The notes beneath the pieces were generated by a model. It was not told the DNA's origin and made no database searches. It saw only the letters and a program-made list of their open reading frames with translations. This document shows positions 39,967 through 51,260 of a stretch of 64,000 nt of DNA, one piece after another (position 1 is the stretch's first letter; each line of letters opens with the position of its first letter). Origin of the DNA: Tubiluchus corallicola (Eukaryota > Animalia > Priapulida); NCBI GenBank assembly GCA_030141605.1, contig JAQGDQ010000612.1, forward strand, positions 62,001 through 126,000, read 5' to 3'. The position numbers were made by a program, and so were the translations under genes.

Positions 39967-40002
39967 GGCCCTTTTCAGGGCCAACAAATCTTCCGAAAGA
40001 AA
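39967..40002 (+). terminator. Histone 3' stem-loop and purine-rich downstream element
   Basis: GGCCCTTTTCAGGGCC at 39967-39982, preceded by ccaacc and followed by aacaa; gaaagaaa lies about 12 nt downstream (putative U7 site). Confidence 0.93.
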
Positions 40003-40226
40003 ATTCTGATTTTGCAAAGTTACTCATTCATACAATCCTCGTCTTGCATCACCACTATTAAGCTAAGATACTAAAACAGATGAAAAACGCAAGGCAACTA
40101 CACAGTTTTCTCGATACGCGTAGGTTAGGTTTCACCTCGAACGCACAGCGCTTGTTTCTTTATTTTTCCAAATTTTCTCTTTGTTCAAAACGTTACTGTG
40201 CCAAACGGGACGTCTAGTGTCTAGAC

Positions 40227-40695
40227 CAGGGGTGTGCAAATTATCTGACTGGCCGGGTCACATTAAACTTGCGAGCCATAGGCAGTTTGATCAAGGAGCC
40301 AAGTACAGAAAGGCCTAATAACGATTTTTTTTGCATCGGACCTGCGTACATCATTACTACTACACTCAAGAAACTATTTTAGAAGTTATCCAAATTTATA
40401 TTAAAACCATATATTTCTACTTTCAGGACAGATAGTGGTAATTTCAATACAATGCATATTAGTAATGTGTATCACACAGTCTGTGTAGTACAGTGTTATT
40501 AAGCTACAACCGTCTTGTAAGGGTTAATGGCATCCGATCTAGTAGAAAAAACTACCCGCACTATCTTTGGGATCGTGGCACGGACTTCAGCTGGATATAC
40601 TCAATTAATCGCCCGGGCCGCACTTTCATTAGGTTGACAAATCTCTTCGCGGGCCGCGCAAATTCTCTCGGCGGGCCGTAATTTGCACACCCCTG
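40227..40695. mobile_element. hAT (Charlie-like) MITE
   Basis: Perfect TIRs caggggtgtgcaaatta / taatttgcacacccctg; perfect 8-bp TSD gtctagac. Confidence 0.92.
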
Positions 40696-43600
40696 GTCTA
40701 GACAATCTTGTTTCATTGTGCCGTTGTTTTTATGCACGTTGTACTTTTCCCACCTCAATAACCGTCTTACAGCAAACCAGTCCGAGATCTGCAGCAATGT
40801 TCATCCGACTTGCACAACTAAAGTAGGCAAGGTTACAATGATGCGCGCAATACACTGGTCCACTTGATCATCCGCCTGTTACACGCAAGGTCCACGTTGT
40901 TGACTTTGTTAACATTTCATTAAGGTTGTTCTAAGGCGATATCCCTCTTAAAGAAAACTATTTATCTATAGATAAGAAATCTTTTCTATCTATAACAGCA
41001 TGCGGTCAGTTTTATTCTTAGTCACTGCAACTAGGCAACTATATTATTACGTTGTATTAGTTACGCATCTTTGACGTGTCTCTTTAGACAGATCCTGCAT
41101 AGCAACTGACATCTACGAGACCTTTACTGTTAGCTGTTGCAGTAACTACTGTCCAACGTTGCATTGTTCACGGAAAGTTCCTGTTTTTTCCCGGTTTTCT
41201 GTCTTCTCCATTGCTGTGCCAGTACGACTTCCGGTTTTTGGCGCTACATACTTTGTCATTTCGTTTTAAGGTATCTAGAACTTGCAGCATATGCATAGTA
41301 TATTTATGTGCAATAAGCCTAAATTTGGCTGCTAAATAAGGCATTAGAACTAAAGTAACTAAATTTGCTAACGGATAAGTCTTGTCCCATCGGTATGCAG
41401 GCAGAGGATGGTTTCCCACAAAGCTTTTGGACACAGGTAATTTCAACACAGAGGCACTTTGGACACAATGCAATTTGAACGCTTATTTCATTTGAACATT
41501 TATAGAAATTTTGTGTACACGTGTGTAACCAAAACAATACAGTTTTGCGCCGATTTGGCATTTTTACAGCATACGTTTCAGGACAAAAACAAAGTTTGCC
41601 AACATAGCTGACCACGCTTAATAATTTACACAAGAAAGCACCGAAGCTATTTATTCTGTAAGCAATTCAAAACAATATCATTCGTGAGAGTACAAGTGCT
41701 GCACGACTGGTCCTTTCACGTACACATCGGCATTACTGAGTGAAAGCACTCATTCCGGAGAGATTGAAATGAGCAGCATGTTGTATTATGATCGATTAGT
41801 GAGAAGCCCTTTTAAAAACATTGACCATCATAGTCCAAAAACAGACAATCAATGCTAGTTCGAATAAAGACATAAACTGTTCTGGTGTAAGCTGAACTAG
41901 AAACACACAGTGCACTATGATAAAACTGCACGCAATATCTTTTTCTCTCATACATACACTTTCACGCACGCACACACCCTATTACTATCTAGTAAGATCC
42001 AGGATAAATAAAATCATGATTCGATTGAATATCATCATGTTTCTGTGTCGGATATTCAAAACGGGTCATTAAATACCGTTTTAATTTAGTCTTAAATATT
42101 GATAGATAAAGAGCTGCTTTGTTTTAGCGATGTCGGTAATGAATTCTAAACTTGCATTGCTTGCTTGGTAATGGACTTAAAAATGCGGTTTCTCAGTTTA
42201 ATCAGCTAGAAATCGCTCCGTATCTGTCGCCGCACCGCATTACCGCATGCGGATATTTGCATACTATGGAAACACCCTAATAAATACGTAATTCATCACA
42301 TGTAGTTATTGTTGGGGGAATTGAGTTTGAGGTAGCTAGAAAAGCAATCTTATTCAAAACAGGTAATAAAATTATATCATTCGTTTTGAAACACGTTTTT
42401 AGATATCAGAAATTCCCTGAAATTTGGCAAAAAGCGGTTTAAATTCAGTTGTCCACATGACTTTGACTAAGTGACCAAACAGGTTGTGTATTCAAATATG
42501 ATATATACTATGTTTCCAAAATACGTCGCTTATGCGTCCAGATTACTGTGTCCAAATGACCTGAATGTCTAAGCTGTCCGTGTCCAAAGCACGTAGTATT
42601 TAGATGGCCTTTGTGTCCAAATAATCCATGTGTGACGTGTCCAAATGTCCAGATAACCAATGCCGAGAGAGCATGCGTATAAACTACTTGTAACCACTCC
42701 ATTACACTTCTGGCGCATGCGCAGTGTAATTTTTTTTATACACTGGCACACTACAAACCGAATCCAACATTAAATGGTAGGATATCAAAGTCTAAGTTTG
42801 TAGTGAAACCGAAATCTAAGTGAACACTAGCGTCAAAGATGAGCCACTGAACCAGTATAAATAAAACTTTAACCAAATTTTTAAAATACTTCATTATTCA
42901 AAGTTATTGGGTTAAAGACCATAGTGTCAACTGTGTTTTGAACTGATTAAGTTAGTAACTTTGCCTCTGCAAAAGTCATAAGTTGGACCAGTCAATCTGA
43001 AATCAACGCCAATAGCCCAAAATATAATACAATGACAGAAATTCAAGTCGGACAAATTACACAGTCACAAAGGGGTAGATGTCAACGACTCAGGCGTTCA
43101 AGTTATGGAAGATCGCGTCAAGTAACAAATGCTTACAATTTACAGGTACAGTATAATTAGTGAGATCACGGGTCAACCTGGTTACTATGGAAATGTTCAC
43201 CTATGATTTCATTATTATCGTGTAATCTACAAATCTCTACAATCGCAACGCGTGCAGCGAGGCCAAAATTTCACACACTTTCAAGCCATCCAACAGGAAT
43301 TTTTTAACAAAAATAGTCCAGAAATTTTCGTTGCACCGCAGAAATGGCCGATTTGTGACATTTTATAGCGAATTTTCTAATATTCTACCTTACTCTGAAT
43401 ATTCTTAGTAATCATATTTGCGTGATCTTACAACTCAGTCCTTATCTTTGTATTCTCTTGGCACACCTAACGACGTATGAAGGCTTTGGGACGAATTTAG
43501 GTTGCCTATATACTAAGCAAAATACACATTTACTTGTGTATTAGTAGTACTATTACGTAGCAACCAACGTGGTAATTGCTAATTAGATATTTGCATAGCA

Positions 43601-44286
43601 GTTATATCAAAGCACGTTGAGTAACTGTTTGTGGTGTACTAAGTTGTAATTGTTTGTTACGTAGCACTTACGAAAGCGAAAACAGTAACTACTTGTGGTG
43701 TGTTATAATAGGTGCTTTTATGAATATGAAAGGATGCACATTTTCCCAGAACAAAAATTTTTGACACTGGGCATGATATTCTGATGGGACATTCGCCCTC
43801 AATATGTGTTTAGTATAGTTTGCAATGTGTTCTAAACAAGGGGAAAGCTATTCCTTTTATTTTTATTCCATGACCCTCATTTCAAATACTCTGTGATCAG
43901 TTGTAACAGTTTCTATGCATGTTTCTTCTGTTGTTGCCCACTAATCAACAAATGAAACCGACCTACTTTGTCAATAAAATTTCACTTTTATGACCATATT
44001 TGAAAACATTTTGACATTCATACAGGGCAGGGGTAACTTTTATCTAATAGCATTGAAGTCGGTGCTAATTAAATAAGAAATACGTCATTGGGTCAAGATC
44101 ATTTATGTTTAAAGTTAGCTATTTTGCTCCTGTATAGGAACATTCAGTGAACCTTCGTCTGCTGTTTCACTCCCTGACACAGCGGTCCGTAAAGTCTGAG
44201 TAAAACAATTTTATGTCAACGACTGAATTGTGTGTGATGGTGGTGTCCCTGCCAAAATACACCAATATTGTTCTTCATGCAAAATA

Positions 44287-44695
44287 CAGTCAACCTTGGA
44301 TATAAGGGACACCTCCTGAATGGAAAAAAACCGACCCTTATATCTGAAGTTGAGCCAGACCGAGGGTGTATCTAGACCTGTACTTTTATCCATATTTTTT
44401 GGGTTATACATTCAGTGCAAACGATATGTAGGAAGCTCCTTCAGTGATGCAAGATGTATGTGACCGTGGAAAATGAGCTGTTCAAAGGCTGAGTTTGCGA
44501 AAAATTGAGGTTAAAAAATCTATCAATTTCACTTTGATCATTACGGTTTCTATTACGCGGGACCTGAAGATATCGTTCCTTATAACCGAAAGTACCCTAT
44601 ATATGAAGATTTTTACATAGGAAAAATGTTAAGAAAAATCGGGACGGGTGTTGGTGGTCCCTTATAAGTGAGTACCTTATACCCGAGGCTGACTG
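44287..44695. mobile_element. Tc1/mariner (pogo/Tigger-like) MITE
   Basis: ta-cagtcaaccttggatataagg ... ccttatacccgaggctgactg-ta. Confidence 0.8.
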
Positions 44696-44854
44696 TAATA
44701 AATAAAAAACTAACTACAAAAGTTAGTGTAATACATGTAGCACAAAATATTATTTTTTCTTCTGCATTTTTAGCAGCAGAAATGGATTAAACGAATACCT
44801 GAACAATACACACACATCCATACTACTGAGCAGTCCAAACCCACAGCTTAGAAC

Positions 44855-46183
44855 ATGGACTACTTCGACATTTTTCGTAAAGTCATGCTCGTTCAGGCAA
44901 CAGAAGACCTGCAGCAGAGGCCAAACAGCCAATCAAAGATGAGCCCGTTTTCTGAAAATTCTGTCACCATGGCAAATGCAGAAAGTTCTGGGTATAGACC
45001 AACTACAGGCAGAAATACTAGTCCTGAAAATTCTCTGGCATACGAACGAGAAATGAATGTTGTCCAAGTGAATGGAAAATCTGTCTGGAGTGATCCAAAT
45101 GCGGAACCCGTGTCTGCTAACCCGTCAGCTTATCAACGTGAGCACATCCTGTTTCCAAAGCCAGGCGACGAACAAGCTATCCCGCCATGGTGCATCTCTT
45201 CAATGTTTCCGTCCTTAAAATCGACCGACTTTCATTCCTCCTGTTCAACGTACCAACGTTGGACACCGGAAACTGAAAGCTCTCAAAACAACACCCTACG
45301 CTCATTGTCACAAACTTACCAGCACCCTAATCCTATGTACGAATCCACTAGATGTGATAGTCTACTAACGGGACAAGAAACGCACTTGGTAGGCGACTCG
45401 ATTATGCAAAATGTGCACCAGCAGCCACTTGGCTCGGTAAGCTATGCAGACGTAGTAAAAGTTACGCCGGAGTTTTTGAACAACGCAGAACCTATGGAAG
45501 TGGACATGGAAGTTGGTCAAAAATCCAGTTGCATAACCCGCAGTAAAAACTGCAATGTGAGTCACGGAGACCAACTGGCAAACAGCAACAGCTCTAGCAC
45601 CAACCGCCTCGCTACGAACTGTCTGAGCGGAAGTTTATCGGAACCAATGATAGATGTCGCTAATGAACCAACTGCAACACCAGACGGCGTTCCCAAAAGG
45701 CAGTTAAACGGTAAGAAATGCGTTACTGGAAAAACGTGGAAGACACAGAATCCGAAGCAGTTTAACAACGTCATTGCTGAAAAGAGACCCGCACTGCCTA
45801 AAATAACCTACTACACTAGATCACAAGCAAAAGCTAATCAGTCTGGTAAAGATGGAAATGCTACAAGAAAAGACGGTTCAACAATCAAAGCAGCAGAGTC
45901 ATTGAAGGTCGTTACTCGTCCAAAATTACACAATTGCACCGGGCATGACGATGCTAGAGGCACGAAATCGAGAGGAACGCAGACGAACGTAAGTGAAATC
46001 GATGAGAGGGTACCTCCAATGTTCCTACTCGTCGGGTCGAAGAGAAAGCGCAAAGGATCGTCTAAAAAACAGTGGAAGAACGAATTAATGAATCTGCAGT
46101 GTAACCAATTGATGAAATCAGAGACCGTAACGTTCCGTGACATTGCAATACAGTGTGACATCTCAAAGCAGCGAAATGTTTAA
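44855..46183 (+). CDS. Uncharacterised 442-aa, probably disordered protein with short linear motifs
   Basis: A 1329-bp open frame in AT-rich DNA where chance ORFs here are under about 135 aa; visibly more GC-rich than its flanks; upstream polypyrimidine tract and TAGCAGCAG acceptor at 44771-44779; in-frame stop two codons before the ATG. I recognise no domain. Confidence 0.7.
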   Translation: MDYFDIFRKVMLVQATEDLQQRPNSQSKMSPFSENSVTMANAESSGYRPTTGRNTSPENSLAYEREMNVVQVNGKSVWSDPNAEPVSANPSAYQREHILFPKPGDEQAIPPWCISSMFPSLKSTDFHSSCSTYQRWTPETESSQNNTLRSLSQTYQHPNPMYESTRCDSLLTGQETHLVGDSIMQNVHQQPLGSVSYADVVKVTPEFLNNAEPMEVDMEVGQKSSCITRSKNCNVSHGDQLANSNSSSTNRLATNCLSGSLSEPMIDVANEPTATPDGVPKRQLNGKKCVTGKTWKTQNPKQFNNVIAEKRPALPKITYYTRSQAKANQSGKDGNATRKDGSTIKAAESLKVVTRPKLHNCTGHDDARGTKSRGTQTNVSEIDERVPPMFLLVGSKRKRKGSSKKQWKNELMNLQCNQLMKSETVTFRDIAIQCDISKQRNV

Positions 46184-46323
46184 TGAATCAAAAAGTGTTT
46201 GTGATGATTTACATGAAGAGCAAACAAGGAAAAATATAAAAGATGTTCAATCTAATATACCAAGCTTAATATTTAATTTATAGTTTTTACATATATTTTT
46301 ATGAAGAAGCTGAAGAGCACAGT

Positions 46324-49300
46324 TCAGTCATCATTGTCAACATTCACTGTCTGCAACCCTGAAAGAAAATAAACAAACAAACGATAAATAACAAGCACTA
46401 ATAGTCTACAAATGAATAAAGCAAAAGAAGGTGGAATTAAGGATAAGATAAAAAGGTCACCTTTTATACGGACCGTAATGTATTAGAAATGTAGACACAC
46501 TCATTTACCCATAAATCTAGTATTCAAATGACAAACTCTGTGTTTTTCCGGATAATCTGGACTAAAACCTGCCTTTGAAAGGCATGTCAGAACCTCTCTA
46601 GATGACAACTTATAATTTTTGATACACTAAAATAAATACATTATCTTCAAAATGGTGACAGCAAAGCAAACGGTTTGACAGAATATTTTAGTGCAGGATG
46701 TCAGAAAATGATAGCTTTGTTATATTTAAAGTCATCACAGGTAGAGAAAAGTGTTCCAACCATAAATCAAGCTCATCCAGATACGACTAACAAAGTTCGT
46801 CAAGTTTAATGAATTTCTTATGAAAACTTTAATGAAACGTTGCAAATTGCGCACGTGATTTCTGCACACTTGAAGTTATCAATGCCACGTCAAATTTTAC
46901 AACTTGTCCAGCTGTAGGTGCACACATAGATCAGCTGAGGACAGTAATGTCTACAGTAAGTGCAGAAACATTCAGGCTTACCCTTGAAGTTTGTCACAGG
47001 AACGAACGTAACAAGCGTGTAAAGTTTATGAACGGAATCTTCATCTTCGTTTCTCTTTCTCGCTAGGCGGACACGAACTCTGTACGGTACATTTCTGTCG
47101 TAGAAAAAGCAAAATGGAGTTTGTTAAGTTTACATAACTTTATAAGATGTATTATAGTACATTATTATGTTTTGTACATACAGTAAGTCCCCACTTAACG
47201 ACTTCCCGTTTAGCGACGTTTTGTTTTAACGACATTGAACATTTGACACCTTTTTTCATTTAACGACTCACGTTTTATTTTAACAACAATTTTTTCCCTT
47301 TGCTGAAAACCAATTTTAATTTATCAACAACTTTTTTACTTAATTTGAAGCATTAAAATGGCACATATTGGGTTATTCTGTTTTAAAAGTGCATTAGTAA
47401 TGTATAAACAGTGCAATTATTATACGTTTTTGCCTCGTGACTGACTACTTTACTAGCTGCCATTTCTATAAAGCGAGACCTGTGAACAAACCTTGTGCAA
47501 GGAATTCTACCTGCAGCTGTTCCTATAGCAACCAGACTACATAGTAATGTGGTAGACACAGTGCTTTGATATGATAAAATTTCCAAGGTCATCTCATGCA
47601 GCGCTTGGCCTTGATTCTGTAGTGTTTATTGTTTAATGGCTACCTAAGTTTAAACCTTAATGAAAGAGAAATCACTAGCTAGGTACATATAGGTAAGAAA
47701 GTTAGGTGATTTGAGGCGGAAAGAAATAGACTAGTAGAAGACATAAAGAAACTTATACATTGCCTAATTGATATGATTGAAGTAGCATTGATTTTTGTCT
47801 ATGTTCCCCGATTGTTTTACATTACTTTCTATAGAAATTTTGGTTTCGTTTAACGACATTTTGCTTAACGTCACGTTTTGCTGGAATGCATTAGTGTCGT
47901 TAAACGAGAACTTACTGTAGCGTGAACTGGAATTGTTAGTGAAGAGTGAAATACATCACAGAATATTTCACACGAGACTTTACACGATTTACAAGACACG
48001 CATCTCATGTCCGTTTCTAGGCAAAGTCGCTTACTGCTATTAATGAGAGATCTAATCTAAACACCAGTACCTCTACCAGAACAGTTGCTCATTTTATAGG
48101 ATGACATAAATGATATAGGTTCCACTCCTGCCACAAGCACTGAACACTAAGTAGGCCCTACTACTGAGTGCCAGATCATGGTCTGTAGTAACCTGAACTA
48201 CAGAAAGCAGATTATGCATTACCTGATGCCCTTGGACCATATGTGCTTGTTCAGCCTCGTATCAACTCGTATGTCGGGGGTTCCCATCTGCTTTTCAGCA
48301 AATCTGCGGATTTCTTCAATGGCACGTGGTGCCCTCTTCTTAAAACCTCTGAAACGAAAACGAAACACGACGTCACATAGACAACATAAAGTTCAACTTG
48401 ATTGCAAACTATATAATCAACAACGAAAATAATTACAAATGACAATTTTGACCACATTTGAGGAGACGATTTACATGTTTAATTGATGCAAGATTACTTT
48501 CCAAACTTGGCACAAAAATGAAGTCCCTCTAGTGTGCATTTAGTGAATTAATAGCTGGGCAATGAAAACATTGAGAACGTCTACAATACATATAATACTG
48601 GCATATTGATTTTTTAGTGAATCGTATGAAAATGCAGAAATTTAGTTTCTTGTTAAACACATTTTTTTGTTTCATTCAACAACCAACTAAATACAGTGGG
48701 GCAAAAGTTCACAAAACTGCTCTTTCAGATTAAAGGTTTCGGTCACTCGACCTTCGTCGGCTGATTTGCAGTAAATAGACAGCTACACATTTTCTAGAAC
48801 AATTTTATGGACATTTGCGAAACAGCAAGACTCACAAGAGAGCATTCAATTACGAAGAAAAGTCTAATGCATTTAAATTTAAGGTGGACGTCCCCAAAGA
48901 ATTTTAAATAAATTAGGTAAATGTAATGCTAAATAATGTAACTTTGTATGGAAAATTCTATGGGACATACTTTAAAGCCCGTTTCTTTCCTTTTAAGTAA
49001 ATTTAACCAATTAGTTAACCAATTTTAGTTTGACAACATAATTCCAAATTATTTCACTTACAGGGTTAAGAAATTTTAATATTTGCATCTACAGGTTTCT
49101 CGCACGTACAATATTTACAAGCCCATTAACTTTTACAACATAACATGAAAGCGTTGCACATTGGTATTGAAAGTTTCTACAGAGAGCAGTTTCCCGTATG
49201 ATTTCCCATTTCTTCCCGTATCAATTGCTACAAGTTAATACTGACAGGTGGTGCAGACTAGCATGGGAATTCAGTCTGTTTGGCCATGTGGATTGATAGC

Positions 49301-50200
49301 TAAATGGCTAGAGCGTTTGGTGTGAAACCAGAAGTTCTGGGTTCGAATTCTAGGCTCGGTGCCTTCCTCTTTAATTTAATTGTTGATTAGTAGCTTTTTC
49401 AAGTGCTGCACTTTACAAAGAATATAGCACAAACTGCATGAGAACTGCAAATAGGATGGCTTGCCTCTTGAGCAAATTTTTCTAAATTGCCATTCGGCTT
49501 TTTCCTAACAACCAATCAGCACGTTTTGTTTTCTTTTGACGGGCATTATTTTAGCAACTATGCATTTGAATTTCAATAAAAACTGCTGCATTCATTCAAT
49601 CTTATGCACAGGACTTCATTAATGCCAGAAAAGCTCAGTGTTTTCTAAGAAGAATCGCCCTGTAAGGTACTTTTTCACACAAATGATTCTAAACAAAGCC
49701 AATGACGAATCAGGTTAAGCAGTTATAGTAACAAGATGAAGGTATCACAAGAGAAACAGAATTCATACGACTAAAATAATTTGTTATTACACAGAGGCTA
49801 ACACTTTTCCTGAAGTGCTAATGCTGACAGGGAAAGCAGCATTTCTGTGTCTAGGAATGTCCAGCGTAAGCGTACCAGAAAAACAAGTAATACAAGCAAA
49901 CCACTGGCATAGCAAACAATGACATAACCTCAGGGAGCATTTTTTATCAAAATGGGAATAAAAAGATCGTTCATGTAAGACCATCAACAAGCAACAGACT
50001 ACAGGTTAATGCCAAAAATGCTCATTATTATTTTTCAGCAACACTAAGCATTAATATAACACTTAAGTTTATATTATAAGATAAACCATGAAATCTTACA
50101 TGCCATGCAACCGTTTGTGCAAATGTATCGTGTATTCGCGTGTGATCACTTCACTGATAGCAGACTTGCTCTTCTTCTCCCCTTTCTTTGTCTTCGCCAT
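46324..50200 (-). CDS. RPL31: 60S ribosomal protein L31 (eL31)
   Basis: Exons 50200-50100, 48348-48223, 47094-46982 and 46358-46324 give [124 protein letters not shown]. An ATTAAA signal lies at 46277-46272. Confidence 0.97.
47181..47917. mobile_element. Tc1/mariner (Tigger-like) MITE in RPL31 intron
   Basis: ta-cagtaagtccccacttaacgac ... gtcgttaaacgagaacttactg-ta, with ttaacgac subterminal repeats. Confidence 0.8.
49290..49363 (+). mobile_element. tRNA-derived SINE head or tRNA pseudogene
   Basis: A-box tagctaaatgg (49297) and B-box ggttcgaattc (49340); the acceptor stem is poor, so it is not a functional tRNA. Confidence 0.55.
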
Positions 50201-50248
50201 CTGCAAATGCCAAAAAATAAATGCACAAGTCTTATGTGAACGAGTAAA

Positions 50249-50477
50249 TGGTGCAAAAGTATGTATGTTGAACTTTTAGAGATTTCACAGTCACTGGTGC
50301 AAAAGCATGTATGTTGGACTTTTACAGATTTCACAGTCACTAGTGAAAAAACGTGTATGTTAGACTTTTAGAGATTTCACAGTCACTGCTGCAAAAGCGT
50401 GTATGTTGGACTTTTATAGATTTCACAGTCACTGCTGCAAAAGCGTGTATGTTGGACTTTTAGAGATTTCACAGTCA
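50249..50477. repeat. Tandem repeat, about 47-bp unit x5, RPL31 intron 1
   Basis: tgcaaaagcgtgtatgttggacttttagagatttcacagtcact is repeated. Confidence 0.9.
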
Positions 50478-51203
50478 CGGACTCTAAGCAAGTACAGTGT
50501 AAGTTGCCTGTAAGTCTAGAAAGTACAGCAGTTTTTACCTTACTGATATGAATATCTTACCTAGCAAATGCGTTATTGACAAAACAATTACCTAACGATG
50601 GACCTCTTCCTAGAGCTGTAATTGGTCACTACAATTGGCTCTTGTAAAGTTATAAAAATAGAAACGTTTCTCTACATGCCCACATTAAACACAATAGTCA
50701 ATATATAGGTTGTTCTAACAAAATGTGTGTTAGACGGCGGCACTGTACTGTACTATAAAAGCTGTTTTGACTTTCCGTACGTTGTGTGCACAGAATTTTT
50801 TGTTTTATTTTTTTAATCTATCAGAAAAGTTTCAACAATAAATAAAATTTCAACTACTACTTATCGGTCCCCAACCCAAACCTAAATAATGTATCTTGCA
50901 GTAGTAACCAGCACACAATTATTCACTTCTTGTAAACCAAATCCTGATTTCTTTCAAGTAGGACTTTAGGTACACCAAAGTTCAGATTTTAAAATCAAAA
51001 TAATATTGTGTTATTATGCAAGGAATGTCTATCTGATTACATGTACGTCTGTTAGTGTGAAGATGCCAAACTTTCATCAGGAAATATACGGCTTATGTTA
51101 AAATAATGATTACCGTGCATTATCAGTCAAAAAAACTGTAACGGATGGATGAGAAAATAACTATAATTCTCTGATTTTTTTAGACTGAAACATTAGTACT
51201 TAC

Positions 51204-51260
51204 TACCGATACACAGCAATCGATGAAAAAGGAATAGAACTGTCATTGCGCCATCTATGT
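51204..51260 (-). promoter_or_regulatory. RPL31 TCT/5'TOP start site and non-coding exon 1
   Basis: The minus strand reads atagatggcgc...TTCCTTTTTC-atcgattgctgtgtatcggta|GTAAGT. The RPL31 ATG is directly preceded by a CAG acceptor, so an upstream non-coding exon is expected. Confidence 0.7.

Noticed and set aside
39604-40017. 137-aa hydrophobic minus-strand ORF
   Set aside because: It is the antisense shadow of the Lys/Ala-rich H1 tail.
46697-46740. C/D box-like motif (gTGATGA...CTGA) in RPL31 intron 4, minus strand
   Set aside because: It is only about 45 nt, has a 2-bp terminal stem, and I cannot match a convincing rRNA guide.
49290-49363. Functional tRNA gene
   Set aside because: A and B boxes are present but the acceptor and anticodon stems are poor; treated as a SINE or pseudogene.
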